From Trichlorobacter lovleyi SZ (GTDB lineage: Bacteria > Desulfobacterota > Desulfuromonadia > Geobacterales > Pseudopelobacteraceae), in the NCBI RefSeq assembly GCF_000020385.1, contig NC_010814.1, forward strand, positions 3,150,001 through 3,182,000: a stretch of DNA of 32,000 nucleotides, written 5' to 3'. The notes under the pieces were generated by a model that did no database searches, was not told where the DNA came from, and worked only from the letters and a program-made list of their open reading frames with translations. The first letter of the stretch is position 1. Every line of letters starts with the position of its first letter. The translations under genes and the position numbers were made by a program. This document shows positions 13,208-21,973 of this stretch, in pieces.

Positions 13208-14536
13208 ATGGTTGATTACTGTCCTATGACAATCTTGCCTGCAGCAGCAGGATATAAAGCGGGCGATGTGCTGGTGCTGGTGGGTGAGTTATTCGGCCGC
13301 GGCTACGCCAACGGCCTGCTGGAAGAGGCCAAACGCCTGGGAATGACCGTTCTGGGCACCACAGTGGGACGCCGTAACAGTGACGGTACCCTGCGTCCCT
13401 TGACCGCTGAAGAACTGGCGGAGGCAGAGGCACTGCTGGGCAGCAGGATCATCAACATCCCCCTGGAGGCCGGTTTTGACATGGAAAGTCCGAACGGCGC
13501 CCCATCCGTTGCCGAACGGCTCAAGAAGGCCAAGCCGGATGAGTGGGAGAGCATCAGCTTTGAGCCGGGCTTTCTTGAGCAGGCCTGTGCCGCCGGCACG
13601 GCCCGTTTCTGTGCCAACCTGCAGCAGGTCATGACGGAACTGGAGCGCCTGATTCCCGCTTCAGCCAACATCATCCTGGCCCATACCATGGCCGGCGGCA
13701 TCCCCCGTGCCCGTTTCTTCATGCCACTTTTAAACCGGGTCTTCAAAGGCAGCGGCGACAAGTATCTGCCCTCCGAGCCGTTCTGGAACAGCGCCATCGG
13801 CCAACTCTGCGACGCCAGTTTCAATGAGGTAACCGCCGACACCTTCAAATATCTGATTGACGCCTCTGCCGGACTCCGCAAGCGGGCGGAACAGGCCGGC
13901 AGCCGGGTGGCCTGCACGGCCTACGGCTATCACGGCACCGGCATTCTGGTCAACGGCAGCTACCAATGGCAGTCCTACACCCCCTATCTGCAGGGGTTTG
14001 CCAAGATGCGGCTGGAGGATCATGCGGTTGCAGCCCGTAAACAGGGCATCAACGCCACGGTATTCAACTGCCCCGAAATCCTGACCAACTCCAGCGCCCT
14101 CTTTTTGGGGGTTGAGCTGTCACTTTATCCGTTGCTGACGGCACTTCAACAGGTGGCTCCGGAACAAGCCGTCCCGCTGACTGAACGCTGCAAGGCGCTG
14201 CTGGCTGATGGTTGCAGCCTGGAGAGCCTGATGACAACCGCCGCCGACTATCTGGGAGCACCACTGATCAATGATGCGCTGGAATTTAAGAGCTGGCCCC
14301 AGCACTCAACCCGTGAGCAGATGGAGTTGATGCTGGCCACCTCAGCAAAACTGATGGAAATGCACCGCGACCAGAAGCAGTTGATCTGCGCCGAACTGTC
14401 CCGGCTGGTATTCCGCTCCACCGGCCGCCTGATGGTGCAGGCCTCCTGGAGCAGCACCGAAGCGGCTGTCTGGCTGAACCATGATACAATTGCCGCACTG
14501 GTCACCGACCAGCGTGGCGCTGACCTGTTGGACTAA
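13208..14536 (+). CDS. conserved hypothetical protein; possible remote FabV/TER-like (SDR-type Y-x8-K) fold
   Basis: AAGGAG lies 8 nt upstream of the ATG, and the 442-aa ORF looks clean. VLVLVGELFGRGYANG, AYGYHG...YTPYLQGFAKMRLED and NCPEILTNSSALFLG resemble, from memory, the FabV blocks VLVxGASxGYG, AYSYIG...Y-x8-K and VTxASxAIP. The functional call is low confidence. Confidence 0.65.
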   Translation: MVDYCPMTILPAAAGYKAGDVLVLVGELFGRGYANGLLEEAKRLGMTVLGTTVGRRNSDGTLRPLTAEELAEAEALLGSRIINIPLEAGFDMESPNGAPSVAERLKKAKPDEWESISFEPGFLEQACAAGTARFCANLQQVMTELERLIPASANIILAHTMAGGIPRARFFMPLLNRVFKGSGDKYLPSEPFWNSAIGQLCDASFNEVTADTFKYLIDASAGLRKRAEQAGSRVACTAYGYHGTGILVNGSYQWQSYTPYLQGFAKMRLEDHAVAARKQGINATVFNCPEILTNSSALFLGVELSLYPLLTALQQVAPEQAVPLTERCKALLADGCSLESLMTTAADYLGAPLINDALEFKSWPQHSTREQMELMLATSAKLMEMHRDQKQLICAELSRLVFRSTGRLMVQASWSSTEAAVWLNHDTIAALVTDQRGADLLD

Positions 14537-14559
14537 CCCAGTTACCCAAAGGACCTGCA

Positions 14560-15306
14560 ATGAAACTGCTTCGATACCGTTTACTGGTCGCCGGTACCGC
14601 CCTGCTGATGCTGCAGGGTTGCGCCAGCGCCCCCAAGACCGATCCGACACCGGAAGAACTCTACGCCCAGGGCGAAACCGCCTTCCAGAAAAGCCGCTAC
14701 GAACAGGCGGTTGAGAGCTGGAAAAAGGTCAAGGAGACCTTTCCTGAACCGGAACTGGCCGCCAGGGCGGAAATCGGTATCGCCAACGCCTACTTCCTGA
14801 ACCACGACTTTATTGAAGCAGGCGCTGCCTACGAAGACTTCCGCAAGCTGCACCCGACCCACGAACTGGCCCAGTTTTCGCTCTACCGCCAGGGGCTTGC
14901 CAGCTTCAACCTGATCACCGGTATCGACACCGACCAGACCCCGACAAAAAATGCCCTGGCCCTGTTTGAAAGCTTTATCCGTCAGTATCCCAAGTCACAA
15001 TATGTCGCCAAGGTACAGGAGAAGATTGCCGACTGCCGCGGCAAACTGGCCCAGTACGAGATCTATGTCGGTCGTTTTTACTATCGTACCGACAACTATC
15101 AGGCTGCCATCGGCCGCTTTGAGGGGGCATTGACAAACTTTCCCGATTATACCGGCAATGACGAGACCCTCTTCTACCTGGCCAAGGCCTATATTGCAAA
15201 CAGACAGTCGGACAAGGCCCAGACGGTTCTCAGCCGCCTGATCCGCGAATATCCAACCGGCAAATATCTGGATGACGCCCGTAAGCTGCTGGCCGACAAA
15301 TTATGA
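14560..15306 (+). CDS. bamD: outer-membrane protein assembly factor BamD (TPR lipoprotein)
   Basis: The lipoprotein signal is LLMLQGC|AS. TPR-like repeats are YAQGETAFQKSRYEQAVESWKKV.. and YEIYVGRFYYRTDNYQAAIGRFE. AAAGGA RBS. Confidence 0.85.
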   Translation: MKLLRYRLLVAGTALLMLQGCASAPKTDPTPEELYAQGETAFQKSRYEQAVESWKKVKETFPEPELAARAEIGIANAYFLNHDFIEAGAAYEDFRKLHPTHELAQFSLYRQGLASFNLITGIDTDQTPTKNALALFESFIRQYPKSQYVAKVQEKIADCRGKLAQYEIYVGRFYYRTDNYQAAIGRFEGALTNFPDYTGNDETLFYLAKAYIANRQSDKAQTVLSRLIREYPTGKYLDDARKLLADKL

Positions 15307-15887
15307 CCGCCGGTCTGTTCTGGATAGCCGGGGCCTACCTGCTGGGATCGATCCCCACCGGCCTGCTGCTGGGCAAACTGTACGGCATTGATGTCCGCAA
15401 CGAAGGCAGCGGCAACATCGGCGCCACCAACCTGTACCGTACCGTGGGACGCAAGGTCGGGATCCTGACCCTGACAGGTGACTGCCTGAAAGGTCTGCTG
15501 CCGGTTCTGCTGGCCTGGAAGTTGGGCCACGCCGAGCCGATGCAGGCCTGGGTTGGGCTGGCCGCCTTCTGCGGCCATGTCTTCTCTGTTTTTCTGCTGT
15601 TCAAGGGAGGAAAAGGGGTTGCCACCGCCCTGGGAGTCTTCCTGGCCCTGGCCCCTCTGGCTGTGTTGGGGGCCTTGGCGGTCTTTATCCTGCTGGTAGC
15701 TGTCTGGCGCTACATCTCACTGGGTTCAATCATGGCTGCTGCAGTTATGCCGCTGATTATCTTCTTCCGCCCCCATTCACCGCAACTGCTGATCGCCACC
15801 GTTCTGATTGCGGCGGTTGTCATCATCAAGCATCACAGCAACATCAGCCGCCTGATTGCAGGAACAGAAAGCAAATTCAAGGCCTGA
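15303..15887 (+). CDS. plsY: glycerol-3-phosphate acyltransferase PlsY
   Basis: YLLGSIPTGLLLGKLYGIDVRNEGSGNIGATN, plus KGGKGVAT and IIKHHSNISRL. ATGA overlap with bamD (15303-15306). Confidence 0.92.
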   Translation: MTAGLFWIAGAYLLGSIPTGLLLGKLYGIDVRNEGSGNIGATNLYRTVGRKVGILTLTGDCLKGLLPVLLAWKLGHAEPMQAWVGLAAFCGHVFSVFLLFKGGKGVATALGVFLALAPLAVLGALAVFILLVAVWRYISLGSIMAAAVMPLIIFFRPHSPQLLIATVLIAAVVIIKHHSNISRLIAGTESKFKA

Positions 15888-15892
15888 CCGTT

Positions 15893-16546
15893 CTACAGCG
15901 GCAGTTCATACGGCAAAGGCCGTTCCTCTCCCGATTCCAGGACATCCCTGAACTGATTCACCAACCGGTAGGTGATCCCCCACAGCACCATCTTCCCCGG
16001 CAGCCCGAGGTCAATTGCCGGTGCCTCCAGCTGTTTGCCGCCGAAACTGACCCGGGCAGTTATCTGACGCTGCGGGTCGGACAACTGCTGCAGATCAAAC
16101 CAGAAGGCATCATGGACCTCATGGGATAATACCGGCACAACCGCCGTATTGAGGCCATACACAAAACAGGAGACCCGCACCGGCAGGTTGGCCCCGATTA
16201 TGTCGGACAATCTGCCAAGCAGGGTGGCCGAAGCGAGATCAATTCCCACCTCTTCCATGGTCTCACGCTCGGCAGTATGACGCAGGCTGCTGTCAACCGG
16301 GTCGCGGCGACCGCCGGGAAAACCGATATTGCCGGACCAGGGATCACCGGGATGGTGGGCACGCTCAATAAAAAGCAGTTCCGGGCCGGCACCGTGATTC
16401 CTCAGAATAAGTGCTACAGCAGCCGGTTTCCGGTCATCCACGGAAAGACACACAGGTCTGGTGCGGGCAAGCCGTTGCGAGATATCGTCAAACCATTCTG
16501 AACGGGACATGGCCCTACTGTACACCGTATCTCCCCCACGGCGCAA
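15893..16546 (-). CDS. NUDIX hydrolase, CoA-pyrophosphatase (NudL)-like
   Basis: LLFIERAHHPGDPWSGNIGFPGGRRDPVDSSLRHTAERETMEEVGI combines the CoAse-type motif with the Nudix box. The start is uncertain: TTG 16546 or ATG 16510. Confidence 0.8.
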   Translation of the reverse strand: MRRGGDTVYSRAMSRSEWFDDISQRLARTRPVCLSVDDRKPAAVALILRNHGAGPELLFIERAHHPGDPWSGNIGFPGGRRDPVDSSLRHTAERETMEEVGIDLASATLLGRLSDIIGANLPVRVSCFVYGLNTAVVPVLSHEVHDAFWFDLQQLSDPQRQITARVSFGGKQLEAPAIDLGLPGKMVLWGITYRLVNQFRDVLESGEERPLPYELPL

Positions 16547-16563
16547 GAATCGCCGACAATCAC

Positions 16564-16591
16564 TTGAGATTCCTTACAAACAGGGTATACT
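16564..16591 (+). promoter_or_regulatory. candidate sigma-70 promoter for the hybrid kinase operon
   Basis: TTGAGA 16564-16569, a 16-nt spacer, TATACT 16586-16591 (5/6). It lies about 36 nt upstream of ATG 16627. Confidence 0.35.
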
Positions 16592-16626
16592 ACCGTCGTT
16601 ATTTCCTTTGGTGAAAGTGAGCGGCC

Positions 16627-19600
16627 ATGACTATCCGCACACAACTGATCATGCTGGTACTGGTACCGTTACTCTGCGCCGTTGGCGCCGGCGGCGGCAT
16701 GCTCTATTCACAACGAGTCACCGCCCTTGCAGGCCAGGCTGCAGCCCAGACCGCTCCGCTCTCAGCAGAGCTGAATGACTTTGTCCAGTTCCTGCAAGAG
16801 CCGCCGCCCGGCTCCGGCAAGACAGCCCAATACCATCTGCAGGCAGCCCGCAACCGGATCAGCAGCCTGACCACAGGGCTGAAACCATTTTTCCCCTCCA
16901 CAGAAGAGCAGCAACTCCTTCAAAAGCTCATGGCCGCACCTCAGCAGCTCACAAAACAGCTTGATCAGATCACGCGGGGCAGCAGTATCCTCTCCAGCCG
17001 CGGTGCCGTCCTGCTGACCGGAGAGATCAAAGCGTTCCTCCCGCTGATTGAGCAACTGAACAGCTACTATGCCCGCATCCTGCAAGCCCGCATCAACCAG
17101 ATCAACACACTGAATCAACTGTTGCTGCTGACAGCGGCAATCTGGCCTCTGCTCCTGTCCGTGCTGTTGTACCGCACCCTGGCCCGCCCTTTGACACAAC
17201 TGAAAGATGCCGTGGCTGCTGTTACCCGCGGTGATCTTTCCTACCGCATCTCCGGTCAGCCTCCAGGCGAGCTGGGCCTCCTTGCAAGCTCCTTCAACAA
17301 AATGATTGAAGCCCGTCAGCGGGCTGAAAGCTCGGTAAAAGACAGCGAGGCACGACTGAAAGATGTCTTTGATAACCTGCCTATGCTGACCGTCTGTCTT
17401 GAGCCAAACGGCGCCATCAGCTACTGCAACGACTACCTGCTGCAGATTACCGGCTACAGACGCCACGAGCTGATCGGCAAAAACTGGTTTGATCTCTTCA
17501 TCGCAGAACCGGAGCCGCTCAAGCAGGTCTTTAACCAGATGGTCACGAAAGGCGAGATCGTCCATCACTACCAGAACAGCATCCTGACCAAATCAGGTGT
17601 AGTGCGGATGGTGGCCTGGAGCAATACCCTCAACCATGACAACAGCGGGGCCATTAGCGGCGTAACCAGCATCGGCAGCGATATTACGGCACAGCACGCC
17701 GCAGAACAGGCCCTGGAACAGAGCCAGCGCATCCTCCGTTCACTGGTGGACGGCAACCCGGAATCGCTCTACCTGGTGGACCGTAATGCAACGGTCCTGA
17801 TTGCCAACAGCACCTTTGCACGGCGGCTCAACAAAGGGCTCAGCCAGGTAACCGGCAGCAGCCTCGATGAGCTGTTCAATCCCGACGTGGCACAAAGACG
17901 CCGTGCCAGAATCGAGGAGGTCTTCTCCAGCGGCAGACCGCTGATATTTAACGATGCCCAGGATCTCTGGCAGTTTGAACACCACCTCAACCCGGTCAGC
18001 ACCCTTGACGGCGGTGTGGAGAGCGTCTCGATCCTGACCATCGACGTTACTGACCGGCTCCGTAATGAAGAAAACCTGCAGCAGGCCAATCAGCTGCTGA
18101 AGCAGAACAATGAAGCGCTTGAACAGCGGGTTGCCGAACGGACCAGCGAACTGACCAGACTGAATGAAGAACTTGCCCGGGCCCGTGACACGGCAGAGGG
18201 GGCCAGCCGCTCAAAGAGCGAGTTTCTGGCCAATATGAGCCACGAGATCCGTACCCCCATGAATGCGATCCTGGGGCTGGTACACCTGGCCCTCCAAACC
18301 GATCTGAGCCACAAGCAACGGGAGTATCTGGATACCGTCAGCAACTCGGCCCAATCGTTGCTGGGCATCATCAACGATATCCTTGATGTCTCCAAGATTG
18401 AGGCGGGCCGTCTGCAGATTGAAAAAACCAATTTTTCACTGGAAGGGGTCGTGACACGCACCCTTGCCCTGCTGTCAATCAAGGCACGTGAGAAAGGGAT
18501 CAATCTTGAACAGCAGGTTGACACCAGCATACCTGATGCCCTGGTGGGAGACCCGCTGCGCCTGGAGCAGGTACTGGTCAACCTGCTGGGTAATGCAGTC
18601 AAGTTTACCGACAGCGGCACGGTCACGCTCCAGATCCGCCGGGGTACAGAACCTAGAGACAGTGATAGCGATGAGATAACGCTTGAGATCAGCATTACGG
18701 ATACCGGCGCAGGAATGGATGAGCAGACGCTTGGCCGCCTGTTCAAACCGTTCTCCCAGGGTGATACCTCCACCACCCGCACCCATGGCGGCACCGGCCT
18801 GGGCCTGACCATCTGCCGCCACCTGGTGGAGATGATGGGGGGCACCATCACGGTCACAAGCAGCCCCGGTCAGGGTAGTTGTTTCACCTTCAGTGCTGTT
18901 TTCGGTATTGGAACCACCATCGCGCACAGAAAGACCGGATCAGGCCGCAGTGCCCTGGTACAACGCTACCGCTCTCTGCAGGGATTACACCTGTTGGTGA
19001 CGGAAGATCATCCGATCAACCGCCAGATCGCCCGCGAAATCCTTGAGGCAGTAGGTGTTCAGGTTGAAACCGCCAACAACGGCCGTGAGGCCGTCGCGGC
19101 AATGCAAGACCACGGTGACAGGATTGACCTGATTCTGATGGATATCCAGATGCCGATCATGGACGGCTATGAAGCAACCCGTGAGATTCGCCGCCGTTAC
19201 AGCCGCAACCGGCTGCCGATCATTGCCATGACTGCCCACGCCTTGACTGAAGAGCGGGAGCGCTGCCTCTCTTCCGGCATGAATGAACATCTTGCCAAAC
19301 CGATTGCAGTAGAAAAGCTCTATGAACTGCTGGCACGCCTGACCGGCCGCGTTCCCGGCGGCTCTGCAGCCAATGAGACGGGAGCCGAGTTGACGGAAGG
19401 CCTGCCGGAGCAGTTACCCGGTATCACGGTTGAAGCGGCTCTGAAGCGGGTGAATGGCAACACACGTCTGCTGAAACAGCTGATCCGCATGTTTGCCCAG
19501 GAACATCAGGCAATGCCGGCCGAAGTCCGGCAGCTGATGGCAGATAATGATCTGCCCTCTGCGGCACGGCTGGTCCACGGGCTCAAGGGGGTTGCCGGCA

Positions 19601-20010
19601 ACTTGGCGGCAGAGCGGTTGCATATTGCCGCTGCCAACCTTGAGGCGGCCCTCAAAAAACGTGATCCCAAGGCAGCTGCTGCGTTGCTGCCGCTTTTTGA
19701 AGCGGCCCTGCAGGAGATCTGCTCTACAGCCGCCCTGCTTGATGAACCGGACACGATTGCAGCCGGTTCAAGCGCCGGATCGCCGGCTGAAATTGCCGCC
19801 CTGCTGGGCGAACTGCAGCACCTGCTGGAAATCCATTCACTGGATATCACTACTCCCTTGAATCGACTGCGCGGCCTGCTTCCGTCGGAATCGGACCGTC
19901 CCCAGCTGACCGCCCTGGCTGACGCAGCCCAACGTCTTGACTATCAACAGGCTCTGATGCTGTTGCACACCCTGGCCGAAAAAACCGGCACCTGCGAGGA
20001 GACCCCGTGA
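16627..20010 (+). CDS. hybrid sensor histidine kinase (TM-periplasmic-TM, HAMP, 2x PAS, HisKA, HATPase_c, REC, HPt)
   Basis: H-box MSHEIRTPMNAILG, N-box LVNLLGNAVKFT, G-box GGTGLGLTICRHLVEMMGG, REC DLILMDIQMPIMDG, and HPt HGLKGVAGNL. Confidence 0.92.
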   Translation: MTIRTQLIMLVLVPLLCAVGAGGGMLYSQRVTALAGQAAAQTAPLSAELNDFVQFLQEPPPGSGKTAQYHLQAARNRISSLTTGLKPFFPSTEEQQLLQKLMAAPQQLTKQLDQITRGSSILSSRGAVLLTGEIKAFLPLIEQLNSYYARILQARINQINTLNQLLLLTAAIWPLLLSVLLYRTLARPLTQLKDAVAAVTRGDLSYRISGQPPGELGLLASSFNKMIEARQRAESSVKDSEARLKDVFDNLPMLTVCLEPNGAISYCNDYLLQITGYRRHELIGKNWFDLFIAEPEPLKQVFNQMVTKGEIVHHYQNSILTKSGVVRMVAWSNTLNHDNSGAISGVTSIGSDITAQHAAEQALEQSQRILRSLVDGNPESLYLVDRNATVLIANSTFARRLNKGLSQVTGSSLDELFNPDVAQRRRARIEEVFSSGRPLIFNDAQDLWQFEHHLNPVSTLDGGVESVSILTIDVTDRLRNEENLQQANQLLKQNNEALEQRVAERTSELTRLNEELARARDTAEGASRSKSEFLANMSHEIRTPMNAILGLVHLALQTDLSHKQREYLDTVSNSAQSLLGIINDILDVSKIEAGRLQIEKTNFSLEGVVTRTLALLSIKAREKGINLEQQVDTSIPDALVGDPLRLEQVLVNLLGNAVKFTDSGTVTLQIRRGTEPRDSDSDEITLEISITDTGAGMDEQTLGRLFKPFSQGDTSTTRTHGGTGLGLTICRHLVEMMGGTITVTSSPGQGSCFTFSAVFGIGTTIAHRKTGSGRSALVQRYRSLQGLHLLVTEDHPINRQIAREILEAVGVQVETANNGREAVAAMQDHGDRIDLILMDIQMPIMDGYEATREIRRRYSRNRLPIIAMTAHALTEERERCLSSGMNEHLAKPIAVEKLYELLARLTGRVPGGSAANETGAELTEGLPEQLPGITVEAALKRVNGNTRLLKQLIRMFAQEHQAMPAEVRQLMADNDLPSAARLVHGLKGVAGNLAAERLHIAAANLEAALKKRDPKAAAALLPLFEAALQEICSTAALLDEPDTIAAGSSAGSPAEIAALLGELQHLLEIHSLDITTPLNRLRGLLPSESDRPQLTALADAAQRLDYQQALMLLHTLAEKTGTCEETP

Positions 20011-20933
20011 CACCGGAACGTGATGGAAAGCTGATGATCCTGCTGGTGGACGATGCCCCCACCAACATCCAGATGTTGAATGAGACCCTGAAGGACGGCT
20101 ACCACCTCTTCTTTGCCACCAATGGCCGCGATGCCCTGAGGATCGCCTCGGAATCACTGCCGGACCTGATTCTCCTGGACGTCATCATGCCGGAAATGGA
20201 CGGGTACGAGGTCTGCCGTAACCTGAAGGCCGACCCGATCCTGAGGGATGTACCGATCATCTTCATCACCGCCATGAGTCAGCAGGAAGACGAAGCGATC
20301 GGTCTTGAGCTCGGTGCGGTCGATTATATTGCCAAACCGTTCAACCCGACCATTGTCCGCTTAAGGATTCGCAACCAGATTGAACTGAAACGCCAGCGTG
20401 ATCTGCTGGCCCGGCTCTCTCACCTGGACGGTCTGACCGGCATACCCAACCGACGGGCGCTGGATGAGGCACTGGAACGGGAATGGCGGCGCGGCAGCCG
20501 TTCCCTGAAACCGTTATCGCTGTTGATGATCGATATTGACCATTTCAAGGCCTATAACGACAGTTGCGGGCACTTGGCCGGTGACGACTGCCTGAGGACG
20601 GTTGCCCAGACCCTCAAACAGTCATTGGGACGGGCGGCCGATTTTGTCGGTCGCTATGGCGGTGAAGAATTTCTGGCGGTTCTGCCGGAGACCGATGCAG
20701 ACGGCGCCCAGGTGGTGGCCCGCGAGGTCATCGAGGAGATGGCAAAGCTTGCCATTCCCCATCCAGCCTCCCCCCAGGGTGAAAAGGTCACCATCAGTAT
20801 CGGTATTGCCACTGCCGTTGCCAAGCGCGAGCATCTCCCCGTCTTCCTGCTCCAGGAGGCGGACAGCGCACTCTACCGGGCCAAGCAGGAAGGACGCAAC
20901 CGGATTGTAGCCACGCCGCTGCTCTCCTGTTGA
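20007..20933 (+). CDS. response regulator-diguanylate cyclase (REC + GGDEF)
   Basis: The GTG start overlaps the previous stop (GTGA), with GAGGAG upstream. REC is DLILLDVIMPEMDG. The active site is RYGGEEF, with an intact I-site RAAD five residues upstream. Confidence 0.9.
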   Translation: MTPERDGKLMILLVDDAPTNIQMLNETLKDGYHLFFATNGRDALRIASESLPDLILLDVIMPEMDGYEVCRNLKADPILRDVPIIFITAMSQQEDEAIGLELGAVDYIAKPFNPTIVRLRIRNQIELKRQRDLLARLSHLDGLTGIPNRRALDEALEREWRRGSRSLKPLSLLMIDIDHFKAYNDSCGHLAGDDCLRTVAQTLKQSLGRAADFVGRYGGEEFLAVLPETDADGAQVVAREVIEEMAKLAIPHPASPQGEKVTISIGIATAVAKREHLPVFLLQEADSALYRAKQEGRNRIVATPLLSC

Positions 20934-20939
20934 CCCCCC

Positions 20940-21815
20940 ATGCCCAAGGAACTTACCCACTGGTGGCTGGCAACGGAGGCCGTAAAACAGCTCCCGCTCG
21001 ACCGGACCGTCAGGCAGCTGCTTGAAGAGCATCAGTCAGCCTATCTGGTTGGGGCCGTATTACCCGACACCCTGCTGCACCTGGTGCGTGGTCCCTGGAG
21101 TGACACTGCCCTGCAGCTGGCCCAGAGGTTTCATGAACCTGCCGGCAGCAGCTATGCACCGCTGCTGCATTATGCAGAAAATACCGCACTCAGCCCTGCC
21201 GCCACCGCCTGTCTGCTGGGAATAGCCTCGCATATCGATGCAGACATTACCTTCCACCCCTACATCTGTGCCCTGGCGGGTGATGATCTGGGGCAGCATT
21301 ACCGTCTGGAGACAGAGCTTGATCTCTGGTTGCTGTATCAGGGCAGGAAACCGCCGGTCTTTCGGCTTGAAGAACTTTTGAGCGGACAGGTCAGCGAGGT
21401 GGCGGCAACGGTCTTGCAGGGGGTTTTTGATCCGGAGAGAAAACTGCCGCAGGAGGTGCTGCACAAGACCATTCAGCTGCACAGCCGTATTCAGGCCATG
21501 TACGGTTCTCCGTACTGGCAGCTCCTGGCCCGCCTGCTCGGGGTTTTACCGGTACCCAGCCTTCGCCGTTGGCAGAAACTGTTCTACCCCCCTGACTGGC
21601 AGCGGGGACGCACAAAAGACTGGCCCGATCAATGGTTCCATCACGCTACCGGCCGGAAACGCGGCGACACCCCTGACGGACTTGCCGCTGATGCGCTCAA
21701 CCGTATCGCAGGGCTGTTACGCAGGGTTGATGAACAGGGCTGTATCCGCAGTTTCCGAAGCCATCCCGGAGAAAACCTTATTACCGGCATGGCTCCCCCC
21801 CAAACCGGTACCTGA
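20940..21815 (+). CDS. hypothetical protein, possibly a zinc-dependent phospholipase C-family fold
   Basis: The metal-ligand-like pattern is THWWLA, GAVLPD, FHEP, SHIDADITFHP and ETELD. It starts 6 nt after the GGDEF gene. There is no clear RBS. The functional call is tentative. Confidence 0.55.
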   Translation: MPKELTHWWLATEAVKQLPLDRTVRQLLEEHQSAYLVGAVLPDTLLHLVRGPWSDTALQLAQRFHEPAGSSYAPLLHYAENTALSPAATACLLGIASHIDADITFHPYICALAGDDLGQHYRLETELDLWLLYQGRKPPVFRLEELLSGQVSEVAATVLQGVFDPERKLPQEVLHKTIQLHSRIQAMYGSPYWQLLARLLGVLPVPSLRRWQKLFYPPDWQRGRTKDWPDQWFHHATGRKRGDTPDGLAADALNRIAGLLRRVDEQGCIRSFRSHPGENLITGMAPPQTGT

Positions 21816-21973
21816 TGCGAAGCCGGCTGCGGCACGAGCGGACCGGGATGCAACGGACTTATGCCAATTTCGGATCAAGGATGATATCAAGGCGGCGAGG
21901 GACTCGGCGACGCAGGCGAATACGCAGTACGTTGACGAGCCAACGAAGATTGCGACTTGAAATGGAGTTGGAA

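Noticed and set aside
13303-13917. 204-aa minus-strand ORF inside the 442-aa gene
   Set aside because: It has Ser/Arg/Ala-rich antisense composition and no RBS. The plus-strand ORF has a strong AAGGAG RBS and a coherent globular sequence.
16762-18857. Minus-strand ORFs 16762-17568 (268 aa) and 18090-18857 (255 aa) inside the hybrid kinase
   Set aside because: They are antisense shadows. The second is Ser/Arg/Val-rich, as expected opposite a HisKA/HATPase region. The plus frame has all the kinase boxes.
20007-20933. Possibility that the REC-GGDEF protein is a Hypr-GGDEF (3'3'-cGAMP synthase, as in the Geobacter GacA type)
   Set aside because: The base-discriminating position is Asp, not Ser: in NDSCGHLAGD the Asp lies 9 residues after the conserved Asn, as in canonical c-di-GMP cyclases. 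I therefore call it an ordinary diguanylate cyclase.
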